This document shows, one piece after another, positions 10,101-19,998 of a DNA stretch of 64,000 nucleotides (position 1 is the stretch's first letter; each line of letters opens with the position of its first letter). Under the pieces are notes generated by a model. The model made no database searches. It saw only the letters and a program-made list of their open reading frames with translations, and was not told where the DNA came from. The position numbers and the translations under genes are program-made. Origin of the DNA: a virus; the IMG/VR virus record IMGVR_UViG_3300028025_000091, positions 96,001 through 160,000 of that record. One strand, given 5' to 3'.

Positions 10101-11422
10101 TTTTCCCTTATGTTGGAGACGCAGTTATAACAGGTTCATTAACTACAACTGGTATAATTTATGCTCAACCAAATGGAGGTATGTACTTCCAAGGTGGAGA
10201 TGATGCTGCCTTATATGACATCAACGTAGCAAATACTATGGGTATCTATGGTATGCAAACCGTTACAGAAGGAGCAATAAAGTTAGGAAGTAATGGCCCT
10301 GTACTCTATGGCTCAGGCAGTAGACTTGGATTAGGCACAACAACTCCTACTTCAGCCTCTTTAACTGTTAATGGTAACGTGTGGGCAAACTCATTTACTG
10401 GATCATTACAAGGAACATCCTCATATGCAACTCAAGCGTTAAGTGCTTCATATGCTTTAAGTGCTACAACTGCAAATACTGCTTCATATGTTCAAAATGC
10501 TCAAACAGCATCTTATGTTCAAACAGCACAAACTGCTTCATATGTTTTAAATGCTATATCAAGCTCATATGCTTTAAGTGCCTCATTTTCAGTATCTTCA
10601 TCTAGAGCAGTAAGTGCTTCATTTGCAACTACTGCATCTTATTATGGAGGAAGTGTGATTAGTGCTTCATATGCAGCTACCGCTTCATATGTTAACCCAT
10701 TAATACAAAATGTAATAGTTACCGGTTCATTAGATATAAGTGGTTCATTTATTGCATATGATGAAAGTAATGTTAAAGCAATACAAGCAAATTTATCAAA
10801 ACGTTCATTATTTGATACAAGTGCTGTTGTATCTGTAAATTGGAGTGGTAGAGGTTTATACACTCCATCTTCTATATTAGCTATAGATTGGAGCGATAAC
10901 AATTACTTAGATTCAAACGTTTACCAAAGAGATTATAAATCTGCAACTACACAAAATGCAGTATCAAATACAATTAATAATGCTTATTCTTCATATCTAG
11001 GAGACATAATTGAAGTAGATGGTGTAAATACAATTATCAATGGGACTGTAAATGATGGTATGTTAGTTTATTTGGATACTGATGCTACTTGGTATCCTGT
11101 TAATCAAAGTAGTACTACGGCTACTAAAATGATAGGAATAGCATGTAACGTTGCAGGTCCTACAGGATTTATACTCCTAGAAGGACATGTTGTTATTGAT
11201 GATTCTGGAGCTAATAGACCAACCGTAACAGGAGCAGACCATGGACTTCCAGTTTATATTGAAGATAGTACAACCAATGGTAGAATGTCTACAACGTTAC
11301 CAACAACTGCTGGTGGAAATAATGTAATACGCGTAGTAGGACATTGTTATTGGAATAACACAGGAACATCCTCCCAATGGATGATGAAATTTAGACCATC
11401 AAATGATTGGATCACAATATAA
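7124..11422 (+). CDS. Long tail-fibre-like protein with (A/Q)TASY repeats
   Basis: N-terminal GELAINVTDGRLFYG fibre-attachment-type motif; dozens of TASYV(L/Q)NA/SASYA repeats; 1432 aa. Confidence 0.75.
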   Translation: MSTIITRNSATSGSTPSSLVQGELAINVTDGRLFYGSGSGNIVKEFTGSASGGTIDTGSFVTTSSFNAYTGSNTSQFAGTASYATTASYALNALSASYALTASFITASNVYGPFGSNSIVSASYAATASYATTTSDILVLVKNQTGDTIAKGVVVRITGSNTSSDIPRIVTASYENDNNSANTLGITNQSIANGDDGYVMTEGILLGIDTNAFISGQLIYLGATGSIIGYAPQAPLHNVRLGEVVRQQSNNGSIYVRIDNGYELEELHDVRITSASSGDLLIRSASVWINSKQLSGSYGLTGSLTATSFTGSLFGTSSWANNAQTSQTSSYVLNAISASYSQTASYLNTLNQDLTFNGNLTLNGTASISFLNVAYESASVIYSSGSNQFGDASNDVQTLWGTVDVKTGPVLVTGSLNVSGGITGSLLGTSSYAVQSLSSSYAQTASYVQNAQTASYVLNAVSSSYASNALSASYAVTSSYSNNSTSASYAINSTTAQTASYVLNAVSASYATTASYYGGSVISASYAATASYVQNAQTASYVLNAISSSYALSASYSTTSSYSNNSTSASYAINATTSQTASYVLNAISASYATQALSSSFSSTASYYGGNVVSASYATTASYVQNAISASYATNASSASVLDLYSITSNTNSYLLFSNTIAATGQIVGGDNDLRYNSSTNTLTAVNISASSLTGSLFGTASYATQAITAQTASYVINSISSSYAQTASYVLNAISSSYTTQALSSSYSITASYSTLAQTASYVLQAVSASYAATASYVQTAQTASYVQNAQTASYVLNAISASYALNATTAQTASYVQNAQTASYVLNAQTASYIQTAQTASYVLNAVSASYVTQALSSSFASTASYVNPLNQNVLITGSATIGSSSLGPFENTITLGARDSANEGGQIGFNAPGGTYTSASFIDNWSNYARILRGTNASSTGLVAQWNLHTLQMQLPAYTNASSFPGTATANLAIDSGGNIITVSTTGGSVFPYVGDAVITGSLTTTGIIYAQPNGGMYFQGGDDAALYDINVANTMGIYGMQTVTEGAIKLGSNGPVLYGSGSRLGLGTTTPTSASLTVNGNVWANSFTGSLQGTSSYATQALSASYALSATTANTASYVQNAQTASYVQTAQTASYVLNAISSSYALSASFSVSSSRAVSASFATTASYYGGSVISASYAATASYVNPLIQNVIVTGSLDISGSFIAYDESNVKAIQANLSKRSLFDTSAVVSVNWSGRGLYTPSSILAIDWSDNNYLDSNVYQRDYKSATTQNAVSNTINNAYSSYLGDIIEVDGVNTIINGTVNDGMLVYLDTDATWYPVNQSSTTATKMIGIACNVAGPTGFILLEGHVVIDDSGANRPTVTGADHGLPVYIEDSTTNGRMSTTLPTTAGGNNVIRVVGHCYWNNTGTSSQWMMKFRPSNDWITI

Positions 11423-11431
11423 GAATAAAAC

Positions 11432-11923
11432 ATGGCTACAACAAAAATATTAGGTTCAGAGATTACGGCATCAAATGCAATAAGTGCTTCATTTGCTACT
11501 TCCGCTCAAACAGTGTTAGGAAGTGTAACAAGTGCTTCATTTGCATCCACTGCTTCTTCTGTCAATCCACTTAACCAGAATGTAATCTTAACCGGATCCT
11601 TAAGAGGACAAGTATCTCTTCTTTCAATAGCATCTAATACTGCTTCTGTTAATATGTCATCTAATAACTTTTTTACTTTAACCCTAGTAAACGGAGCAAA
11701 CACTCATATTAACCCCACCAATATACAACCAGGACAAACAGTTAATATACGTGTTACCCAAGGATCTTTAGGAACAGGAACCGTAAGTTTTCCATCTTTC
11801 GTTGATCAACCCAGTGGTTCTTTGTATACGGGATCTATGATAGCAAATGCTATTGATATAGTAACAATGATTACTTTTGATTCATCAGTGGTATTTATGA
11901 GTTCTGTAAGAAATATGATATAA
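11432..11923 (+). CDS. Tail-fibre-associated protein
   Basis: Shares SASFASTAS.VNPLNQNV..TGS with the fibre; beta-rich C-terminus. Confidence 0.55.
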   Translation: MATTKILGSEITASNAISASFATSAQTVLGSVTSASFASTASSVNPLNQNVILTGSLRGQVSLLSIASNTASVNMSSNNFFTLTLVNGANTHINPTNIQPGQTVNIRVTQGSLGTGTVSFPSFVDQPSGSLYTGSMIANAIDIVTMITFDSSVVFMSSVRNMI

Positions 11924-11926
11924 GTT

Positions 11927-14900
11927 ATGTTTACACCATTTGCCTTCATACAACCTATAACAACAGCTATCCCGATTACTCCCTCAACACAGTATTTGTT
12001 GATTGGAGGATCGTTTACTTTATATAATGTTCCCGTATTAAACCGAATGGTTAAAATAGATGCAAATGGTGATATAGATAATTCGTTTAATATAGGAACA
12101 GGTTTTGGTAATGTTCCATTTGATATCAAACAACAACCCGATGGAAAATATGTTGTAGGAGGAAACTTTACTTCATATAGTGGTTCTAGTGTAAATTATT
12201 TAACACGTTTAAATCATAATGGTACTAGAGATACTTCACTTAATATAGGAACTGGATTCAATTCTGCTCTATATACTGTTTCTCCCCAATCAGATAATTC
12301 GAATATAGTAGTAGGAGCATTTACTTCATATAATGGTTCTGCAGGGAAAAATTATATAGCAAAAATTACCCCTTCGGGTAGCCTAGATGCAACTTTCAAT
12401 ACGGGAATAGGCTTTAATAATAGTAGCACATATACTATAATTACCCAAGCAGACGGTAAACCTATAATTGGTGGAATATTTACCCAATATAGTAGTTCTA
12501 ATAATTATATAACCAGAACCGATTTATCAGGCTCATACAACGCAGGCCCGGGAACGGGATTTAATACTGGTGTTGGATTTAATAATGTTGTCTATACATA
12601 TGCTACACAATCCGATGGAAAAATCATTTTAGGAGGATCATTCACCCAATACAGTGGTTCCTCAACTAATACTACAAGATTAATTCGATTAAATACTAAT
12701 GGTACCCAAGATACTTCATTTGTAACCGGAGTTGGATTTAATACAGATGTTTATACAATTAAAGTACAAACAGATGGAAAAATAATTGTAGGTGGACTTT
12801 TTACTACTTATAGTGGTTCAACTGTAAACTACATTACAAGACTTAATTCAAGTGGTTCCATAGACACTACATTTAATACAGGAACAGCTGCTTCTTCAAC
12901 GGTATGGGATAGTCATATCCAATCAGATGGAAAAATTGTTATAGTAGGTGGATTTGGTACATATAGTGGATCTTCAAACCCAGGTATTGTAAGAATTAAT
13001 AATAGTGGATCTAAAGATGCTACTTTTAATGTAGGAGCAGGAACTGTTGGTGCTGCATATTCAATAAACCCTACTGGGTCTCAATATATTGTAGGAGGAA
13101 ACTTTACTTCATATAGTGGTTCTTCTAATAATTACATAGTTCGTATAAATTCTGATGGTACTAAAGATACATCATTTAATATTGGTACAGGATTTAGTAG
13201 CACAGTAAATGATACTACAATAGAACCTAATGGAAAAATTTTAGCAATAGGACAATTTACAACATATAGTGGTTCCTCAACAAACACCACTAGAATAATC
13301 AGATTAAACCCAAATGGTACCCAAGACACAACATTTGTAACAGGAACGGGATTGAATCAAGTTACCCCCAACGGAAACCACCTTTCAATAGAATCAGATG
13401 GTAAAATATATGTTGGATCTCAAATGGCTACTTATAGTGGGTCAACTGTTAACTTTTTTGCTAGGATTAATCCTAGTGGAACTTTAGACACTACATTTAA
13501 TGGATATACATCCAACATTGCTTATGGAATAGGATTTAATAATGTTATAAGAACATTATTTATATCTGGGTCTAATATCTATTTTGGAGGAAGTTACATA
13601 GCCTATAAACCAACAAACCGAATTATTAGATTAAACACTAATGGTACTCAAGATACTACATTTTCTCTTGGAGAAGGAATTACTGGTGGTCAAAATACTA
13701 TTTATTCCTTAGTTTCTCAATCTGATGGAAAAATTATAGCAGTAGGAGCATTTTCTACTTATCAAGGATTCTCCCAAAATAACATTACTAGACTTAATAC
13801 AGATGGTACTAGAGATACAACATTTAATATAGGTACAGGATTTAATAATACTGCAACCTCAGCAACTGTACAACCAGATGGAAAAATAGTTATTATGGGA
13901 CTTTTTACTACATATAGTGGTTCCTCTTCAAACCGTATAATTCGCCTTAACCCTAGTGGTACTTTAGATACAACATTTAATATTGGAGCTGGAATTGATA
14001 CCGTAAGCAGCGCAGTTGGAGCTTCTAAGATTATTTCCACCCCAGATAACAAAGTTTATGCTACTACAGTAGGTATGGCTAGTTATAGTGGTTCATCTAT
14101 TGGTAATCTTGTTAAAATTAATTCAAGTGGTTCTATAGATACCACATTTGGTACTACTTCTTCATTTTCTTTTAATAGTACTGGAAGGGGATTTTATGCT
14201 GCATCTAGCCCTGGTGGATACACATTGATTCTTAGTGGTTCAAGCGTAATAGTAGGAGGACAATTCTTAACATATAAAAATACAGCATTTCTGTATGGTG
14301 GCATGATAGATACAACAGGTGCCATTTCTTCTTCATTTAACATAGGGGCAGGATTTAGTACTACAGTTCGAACATGGGTTACTCAATCTGATGGTAAAAT
14401 TTTAGCAGCCGGAGCATTTACCACATATAGTGGTTCCTCAACTAATACAACACGAATTATTCGTTTAAATAGAAATGGTACCCGAGATACTTCATTTGTA
14501 ATAGGAACTGGATTCAACAGTACTGTAACAGATCTTAGAATACAATCTGATGGAAAAATATTAGCAATAGGACAATTCACAACATATAGTGGATCCTCAA
14601 CTAGTGGAATAGTTCGTTTAAACATAAGCGGTACTCGTGATACTACATTTAATGTAGGAACAGGTTTTACATTAGCACCAGATGCTAGACATTGTAAAAT
14701 TCAATCAGATGGAAAAGTTGTAGTAGTAGGTAACTTTACTACATATAGTGGCTCTACACAACAATATATTACTCGAATTAATACTGATGGTACTAGAGAT
14801 ACAACCTTTAATATAGGCACAGGATTTAATAACACTGCAGAAGCAGTGATTCTTCAACCTGATGGAAAATTAATTGTAGGAGGACAATTTACAACATATA

Positions 14901-15364
14901 GCGGATCAAGTCAAAACCGTATAACCCGAATAAATACAGATGGTACTCTTGATACTACATTCAATTCAGGAACAGGATTTGGTGGACCGACATATGCTTT
15001 AGCACTCCAATCTGATGGAAAAATAATATGTACCCATCAAAATCAAACATATAGTGGTTCTACAACTAGATATATAACACGGATTAACCCTAGTGGTACT
15101 TTTGATAATACATTTAACGCGGATGCAAATTCTTCTTTATCCTCTACATCAAATACCCAAAATAGTTTAGTAATTGCTAATGATGGCTCAATATATTGGG
15201 GAAATGCTTTTACTACTTTTAGTGGATCTTTTATACCAAACCGTATAGTAAGATTAAATACTAATGGATCAGTAGATGAAACATTTAACCAAGCATTCCC
15301 TAATTTTGTTAACAATACAGGAAAAGGAGCAGATAGTACAGTAAACGCAGTATTATTAATATAA
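11927..15364 (+). CDS. Delta-60-type repeat beta-propeller protein (putative receptor-binding/virion protein)
   Basis: ~20 repeats of QSDGKI..GG.FTTYSGS....I.RLN..GT.DTTF..GTGF. Confidence 0.8.
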   Translation: MFTPFAFIQPITTAIPITPSTQYLLIGGSFTLYNVPVLNRMVKIDANGDIDNSFNIGTGFGNVPFDIKQQPDGKYVVGGNFTSYSGSSVNYLTRLNHNGTRDTSLNIGTGFNSALYTVSPQSDNSNIVVGAFTSYNGSAGKNYIAKITPSGSLDATFNTGIGFNNSSTYTIITQADGKPIIGGIFTQYSSSNNYITRTDLSGSYNAGPGTGFNTGVGFNNVVYTYATQSDGKIILGGSFTQYSGSSTNTTRLIRLNTNGTQDTSFVTGVGFNTDVYTIKVQTDGKIIVGGLFTTYSGSTVNYITRLNSSGSIDTTFNTGTAASSTVWDSHIQSDGKIVIVGGFGTYSGSSNPGIVRINNSGSKDATFNVGAGTVGAAYSINPTGSQYIVGGNFTSYSGSSNNYIVRINSDGTKDTSFNIGTGFSSTVNDTTIEPNGKILAIGQFTTYSGSSTNTTRIIRLNPNGTQDTTFVTGTGLNQVTPNGNHLSIESDGKIYVGSQMATYSGSTVNFFARINPSGTLDTTFNGYTSNIAYGIGFNNVIRTLFISGSNIYFGGSYIAYKPTNRIIRLNTNGTQDTTFSLGEGITGGQNTIYSLVSQSDGKIIAVGAFSTYQGFSQNNITRLNTDGTRDTTFNIGTGFNNTATSATVQPDGKIVIMGLFTTYSGSSSNRIIRLNPSGTLDTTFNIGAGIDTVSSAVGASKIISTPDNKVYATTVGMASYSGSSIGNLVKINSSGSIDTTFGTTSSFSFNSTGRGFYAASSPGGYTLILSGSSVIVGGQFLTYKNTAFLYGGMIDTTGAISSSFNIGAGFSTTVRTWVTQSDGKILAAGAFTTYSGSSTNTTRIIRLNRNGTRDTSFVIGTGFNSTVTDLRIQSDGKILAIGQFTTYSGSSTSGIVRLNISGTRDTTFNVGTGFTLAPDARHCKIQSDGKVVVVGNFTTYSGSTQQYITRINTDGTRDTTFNIGTGFNNTAEAVILQPDGKLIVGGQFTTYSGSSQNRITRINTDGTLDTTFNSGTGFGGPTYALALQSDGKIICTHQNQTYSGSTTRYITRINPSGTFDNTFNADANSSLSSTSNTQNSLVIANDGSIYWGNAFTTFSGSFIPNRIVRLNTNGSVDETFNQAFPNFVNNTGKGADSTVNAVLLI

Positions 15365-15382
15365 ATTTAAAAAATAAAAACT

Positions 15383-15619
15383 ATGACACTTAAAGAATTT
15401 TTACAAGACAAAACATTAACAGCTGTTGAACTAATCGACTATGATTACAACCAAGTTATCAACGTTTATGTTGATGGAGCAGGCTATGGCTTAGCTATAG
15501 ATACATCCAATATCCCTGCCGGAACCCCATTAACATATACTACAGAATTTACATTAGAAGGAGATGTTTTATCTGTAAGTGATTTCTCTATCAATACAAA
15601 TGATATAGATATGCTTTAA
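15383..15619 (+). CDS. Hypothetical protein
   Basis: 78-aa acidic ORF closing the virion block. Confidence 0.6.
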   Translation: MTLKEFLQDKTLTAVELIDYDYNQVINVYVDGAGYGLAIDTSNIPAGTPLTYTTEFTLEGDVLSVSDFSINTNDIDML

Positions 15620-15624
15620 AAAAA

Positions 15625-15655
15625 TTAGGCCCCCCAAAGGGACCTTCGTACATTT
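15625..15655 (+). promoter_or_regulatory. Class-1 promoter (YTWGG-N19-TAYAWT) with imperfect hairpin
   Basis: TTAGG at 15625, TACATT at 15649; near-copy of 34316 element. Confidence 0.65.
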
Positions 15656-15671
15656 AATGAAAATAAAGGTT

Positions 15672-16256
15672 ATGTACGCATTTATTAAAGAAGGAAGTAT
15701 TCGTCACAGTAGAGAAACGGTTATGGAGCATATCAAAAAACTTCAACCACTCAACTACAACCGATTCATGTGGTGGAGAACACATACTGATAAAGTTACT
15801 CCACTAGGAAAACGTGCTTTACTCAAAGACCGTATCCTAAATGGTGATTTCAATCCATCTTCCTATTTTTGGCAAGCACAATTAGCACTTTATGTTGCTA
15901 AAGACAAACTTGACTTGAGAATCCACGATACTCGTTATCAACTTGATCTTGCTGGTGTTGATTTTATGCGTCACAAAAAATTAATGGAAGACTTTGAGAA
16001 GGAAGAAAAAAACCGTATGTTTGCTTTGTATGAAGCGTTTACTTCCGAATACAACATTACCAAAGAAGAATTAGAGGAGGCATTCCTCAAATCCCATGGC
16101 ACCATTTTAGATTTCTATTACTATGCCGAGGAATTTTTGTACAAAACACCATCTTCCAACCGTAAAGACATGCGTGGACGACCTAAAAAAGTAAGAACTG
16201 AATCCGTACCTAGAGTTTTACAAAAAAAACGAGGTAGACCAAAAAAGAATAAATGA
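15672..16256 (+). CDS. Hypothetical protein with two C-terminal AT-hook-like RGRPKK motifs
   Basis: Likely start ATG 15672 after AAGGTT leader; RGRPKK twice. Confidence 0.55.
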   Translation: MYAFIKEGSIRHSRETVMEHIKKLQPLNYNRFMWWRTHTDKVTPLGKRALLKDRILNGDFNPSSYFWQAQLALYVAKDKLDLRIHDTRYQLDLAGVDFMRHKKLMEDFEKEEKNRMFALYEAFTSEYNITKEELEEAFLKSHGTILDFYYYAEEFLYKTPSSNRKDMRGRPKKVRTESVPRVLQKKRGRPKKNK

Positions 16257-16657
16257 AAACAGGAGTTATAGCAGGAAATTTTGACGTAATCCATCCAGGA
16301 TACATTTATATGTTTGATGAATGTAAACAAAATTGTGATCACCTTGTAGTATACCTACATAAAGATCCATCAATTGAACGTCCCGAAAAACTAAAACCGA
16401 TTTTATCGGTTGAGGAACGTCGTAAAATTCTATTTGCTTTAGATATCCCTACAGTTATAGCTTACGATACTGAAAAGGAGTTGTATTGGATGCTTCATGA
16501 TGGGAATTTTGATGTTCGATTTTTAGGAGATGATTACATTGGAAAACCATTCACGGGTGATGATTTAGATATACCCATCCATTATCTTAGTAGAGATCAT
16601 GGTTGGTCAACAACAAAATATAAACAATTAATAGCAAATAGTTTAAATGAAAAATAA
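16253..16657 (+). CDS. Cytidylyltransferase-family nucleotidyltransferase (TagD/RfaE-like)
   Basis: GNFDVIHPGY (HxGH-like), GDDY, GWSTT motifs. Confidence 0.85.
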   Translation: MKTGVIAGNFDVIHPGYIYMFDECKQNCDHLVVYLHKDPSIERPEKLKPILSVEERRKILFALDIPTVIAYDTEKELYWMLHDGNFDVRFLGDDYIGKPFTGDDLDIPIHYLSRDHGWSTTKYKQLIANSLNEK

Positions 16658-16874
16658 CCAATACCCACAACCAAATGAGATTTGGCAACACTACAAAGGT
16701 GGAAAATACCAAATTGTAGCAATGTGTAATCACACAAATACAGATGAAGTACTTGTAATATATAAATCAATGTCATTTGGAGGTTTCCATGCTCGTCCGT
16801 ATAGTGAATGGCATGAACAAGTTGGAGAAACAGGAGCCGCAGGATATCCAATTTATCGTTTTGAAAAATTATGA
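16647..16874 (+). CDS. DUF1653-like small protein
   Basis: WQHYKGGKY, HTNTDEVLVIY, ARP, RF motifs. Confidence 0.7.
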   Translation: MKNNQYPQPNEIWQHYKGGKYQIVAMCNHTNTDEVLVIYKSMSFGGFHARPYSEWHEQVGETGAAGYPIYRFEKL

Positions 16875-17971
16875 ATATAGAACATGATTACCTTAGACTC
16901 CTAAAGGATATCCTAGACAATGGAGTACAAAAACAAGATAGAACTGGAACAGGTACTATCTCAGTATTTGGAAGACAGATTAGACATAAGATGTCTGAGG
17001 GATTTCCTTTGATTACAACTAAGAAAATGCCATTTCGTCTTATAGCAACTGAATTGTTATGGTTCTTACGTGGTGATTCTGATATTAGATTTTTATGGGA
17101 AAATAATTGTACAATCTGGGATGGTGATTGGTATAAGAAGTATAAAACTACTTGTTCTGAACCATACACATTAGAAGAGGTTAAACAGAAAGTAAAAGAT
17201 GGTAACCATTCTTTTCACGATTCAATGTTTGATATGGGTCCTGTTTATGGTAGACAATGGAGAAGTTGGAGACGATATAGAAAATTACCAAAAGATGATT
17301 ACACTACAGATTACAGAGAAAATGAACCAATAGATCAAATCCAAAATCTAATCAATGACCTTAAAACAAACCCAGATTCTAGACGATTGATGGTTAATGC
17401 TTGGAATGTAGGTGAATTAGACCAAATGGTTCTTCCACCTTGTCATTATGGATTTCAAGTTTATACAAGAGAGTTGAGTTTCGCGGAGAGAGTTGTTTGG
17501 ATAAAAAATAATTCATCAACCCAACAAATAACTCTACCACAATATATAGATGATAAATTTTCTTTGGATGAATTTTTTAAACCATATGGAGTTCCAACCA
17601 GAGCAATCTCCCTAATGTGGAATCAAAGATCAGTAGATACATTCTTAGGTTTACCATTCAACATTGCTTCATATGGTTTGTTATTAGAAATTATTGCTAG
17701 AGAAGTCAATATGGTACCTGATGAATTGATTGGGAATTTAGGTGATGTACATTTATATTCAAATCATTTAAATCAAGCAAAAGAACAAATTACGAGAGAG
17801 CCATTTAAATTACCTGAACTTCAGTGTTTAGATGAATATCATTACTTAATGGATGAAGAATTGGTTGATCCAATTCCACTCGATAAGAAAATACAACAAT
17901 TTAGACCCGACTTTTTTATAATGAACAATTACGAATCCCACCCACATATTAAAGCACCTTTATCAAATTAA
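16871..17971 (+). CDS. thyA: Thymidylate synthase
   Basis: DRTGTGT, ELLWFLRG, LPPCH, QRSVDTFLGLPFNIASY, GDVHLY; two insertions. Confidence 0.95.
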   Translation: MNIEHDYLRLLKDILDNGVQKQDRTGTGTISVFGRQIRHKMSEGFPLITTKKMPFRLIATELLWFLRGDSDIRFLWENNCTIWDGDWYKKYKTTCSEPYTLEEVKQKVKDGNHSFHDSMFDMGPVYGRQWRSWRRYRKLPKDDYTTDYRENEPIDQIQNLINDLKTNPDSRRLMVNAWNVGELDQMVLPPCHYGFQVYTRELSFAERVVWIKNNSSTQQITLPQYIDDKFSLDEFFKPYGVPTRAISLMWNQRSVDTFLGLPFNIASYGLLLEIIAREVNMVPDELIGNLGDVHLYSNHLNQAKEQITREPFKLPELQCLDEYHYLMDEELVDPIPLDKKIQQFRPDFFIMNNYESHPHIKAPLSN

Positions 17972-17975
17972 AATT

Positions 17976-18215
17976 ATGAAAAAATTAGTATTAATATTAG
18001 CAGTATTAGGATTAACAAGTTGTGTTAATCAAATGGACCGTCTAAAAGACGCTCAAAAAAAGTATCCAAAATGTATTGTACAACCAACAACAAGTTTACT
18101 AGCCAGAGATGGATATGAAATTATGGTAGAAGATACCATCACTAATCAAATTTATGTATTGAGTTACTACTCATTTAGTACAACAAAAATTTCAAGTATC
18201 CGAAACATCAAGTAA
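17976..18215 (+). CDS. Small lipoprotein
   Basis: MKKLVLILAVLGLTSC lipobox. Confidence 0.7.
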   Translation: MKKLVLILAVLGLTSCVNQMDRLKDAQKKYPKCIVQPTTSLLARDGYEIMVEDTITNQIYVLSYYSFSTTKISSIRNIK

Positions 18216-18631
18216 TGGAACTACTAAACACACACCCAATTAAAAAATCCGATTTAGGTTTCCATGGAAATCTATTTGGTGGCAAATTACTATCATGGAT
18301 AGATGCTTCAGCTGCAGGTTATGCAATGCAACTTTGTGATACCCCGAGAATGGTAACAGTATCGATTGATCAATGCAACTTTGAGAAACCAGCCAAGGAA
18401 TCCCAACTATTAAAAATTTATGGATATCCAAAACGTGTAGGAAACAGCTCAATGACTCTTTATATGGAAGCAAGAGCCCATAATGTTTATACAGGCAAAC
18501 AGGATATTGTATTGAAAACAAACACTACATTTGTTCAGATTGATGAAGGTGGAAATTCAATCCCACTTGGTGAAAAAGCTAAAAAGAGAATTAATGGGAT
18601 GCTTGGAGAAAACTTGGTTTTTGAAAAATAA
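18215..18631 (+). CDS. Hot-dog fold acyl-CoA thioesterase (YciA-like)
   Basis: HGNLFGGKLLSWID, VTVSID, VGNSSM, TFVQID. Confidence 0.85.
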   Translation: MELLNTHPIKKSDLGFHGNLFGGKLLSWIDASAAGYAMQLCDTPRMVTVSIDQCNFEKPAKESQLLKIYGYPKRVGNSSMTLYMEARAHNVYTGKQDIVLKTNTTFVQIDEGGNSIPLGEKAKKRINGMLGENLVFEK

Positions 18632-18642
18632 TTTTGTATATT
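18613..18642 (+). promoter_or_regulatory. Class-1 promoter
   Basis: CTTGG at 18613, TATATT at 18637. Confidence 0.6.
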
Positions 18643-18663
18643 CCGGGTATAAAAATAAGAGTT

Positions 18664-18900
18664 ATGATATTTAGAAAAAAAACAAAAGCCAAATTTAAAT
18701 TATTCCTACGAAATTTAGGAATGCTTTGTAAAGGACCAACTGGATCCTCAAAACGAATTAGAATCTCCAAAACAGTTTACCCAGACAATACAGTTGTTGA
18801 ACATGGTTATATTACAGAAGTACCTCAAAACAAAGATTCATTTGCTTCCGAGTTGCATGTTTACAATGAAATTAAAAAATCCGTAAAGAAAAATAAATAA
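18664..18900 (+). CDS. Hypothetical basic protein
   Basis: Likely start ATG 18664 after GAGTT leader. Confidence 0.55.
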   Translation: MIFRKKTKAKFKLFLRNLGMLCKGPTGSSKRIRISKTVYPDNTVVEHGYITEVPQNKDSFASELHVYNEIKKSVKKNK

Positions 18901-18920
18901 ATCCCCTAAAAATAAAAGTT

Positions 18921-19244
18921 ATGAAAATCGAGAGAGAAAAAGTTATGAATTTGTTAAAGCCGGCTATGAACCTTATTATTGTAGCAGCTGTTGGAACAGC
19001 TATGTTCCGTTTAGGAATTGCTTATCAATCACATGAAAGCAAAGAAAATATCAAAGTAGATAACCCATATGCACACGCATTTTCCCCTGAGGAAATTTCA
19101 ATCGCAGTTAACGAATCAAACGAGTTGATCATGATTGAACGTTCAACTGGAAAATACATTGTATATTCAGATCAAATTGGCCAAACCATCTTTGGAATGT
19201 ATGCCAATCGTATTCACCAAGAGGTAACTAATGTTAGTAAATAG
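18921..19244 (+). CDS. Hypothetical membrane-anchored protein
   Basis: N-terminal hydrophobic helix; coupled to the SLT gene. Confidence 0.55.
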   Translation: MKIEREKVMNLLKPAMNLIIVAAVGTAMFRLGIAYQSHESKENIKVDNPYAHAFSPEEISIAVNESNELIMIERSTGKYIVYSDQIGQTIFGMYANRIHQEVTNVSK

Positions 19245-19752
19245 TATCAAAATCGGTATTGTAGCGGGGGCAGTTATTGCCACCGCTCTTACTGTTACTG
19301 AACCGGAAGTTCAAGCAACTCAAGACGTGCGCATTCCGGACAGTATCGATCAAAGTTCACCCCCATGTCTGCAGATGTATGAGTACATTAAAGCATACGC
19401 TGATACGTTTGATATTCCATTAAATTATGCATTTGGAATAGCATATTGTGAAACAAGATATGAAGGTCCATTTCAGTGGAAATATAACCCTGCCCAAACC
19501 TCCCCTACAGGTGCTGAAGGACCAATGCAAATTTTGCTTTCAACAGCACGTTACTTAAACAAAGATAAAGTTTCACGTGAACGTTTACGTACTGACATTG
19601 GGTATAACGTGAAAACTTCAATGGGTTATTTAAGACGTTTATACAATCGTTACAAAAGTTGGCCAATTGTGTTTGGATACTACAATACAGGTTACCCTAG
19701 AGTAAATGATTATGCAAGAAAAGTTGTAAATTTTAAAATGAATTGGATATGA
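19231..19752 (+). CDS. Lytic transglycosylase (SLT domain) with N-terminal anchor
   Basis: IAYCETRY (catalytic Glu), SPTGAEGPMQI, YYNTG. Confidence 0.85.
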   Translation: MLVNSIKIGIVAGAVIATALTVTEPEVQATQDVRIPDSIDQSSPPCLQMYEYIKAYADTFDIPLNYAFGIAYCETRYEGPFQWKYNPAQTSPTGAEGPMQILLSTARYLNKDKVSRERLRTDIGYNVKTSMGYLRRLYNRYKSWPIVFGYYNTGYPRVNDYARKVVNFKMNWI

Positions 19753-19997
19753 AAGAAGTAGTTTGTATAAACGATAAAAACCTACCTGAAGGTGCAGCAG
19801 TAGTAAAGGGTAGAGAATATAATGTAGTAGAAGAATTTATAAACAACTATGACCAGCGAGTTTATATCATTGAAGGTATTGTAAATGAAGGTACTACTAA
19901 AATGGGATTACGTTGGGTTGGATATGATGCATCTCGATTTGCAATCCCCGAAACATTAATGGAAGAAACTTACGAACACGCATACGCAGAAGCTTAA
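19743..19997 (+). CDS. Hypothetical protein
   Basis: 84-aa ORF, VVCINDK start, YDASRF motif. Confidence 0.55.
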   Translation: MDMKEVVCINDKNLPEGAAVVKGREYNVVEEFINNYDQRVYIIEGIVNEGTTKMGLRWVGYDASRFAIPETLMEETYEHAYAEA

Positions 19998-19998
19998 T

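Noticed and set aside
16871-17971. ThyA homologue as dCMP hydroxymethylase feeding the glycosyltransferases
   Set aside because: Retains the dUMP-specifying Asn in GLPFNIASY and all canonical ThyA motifs
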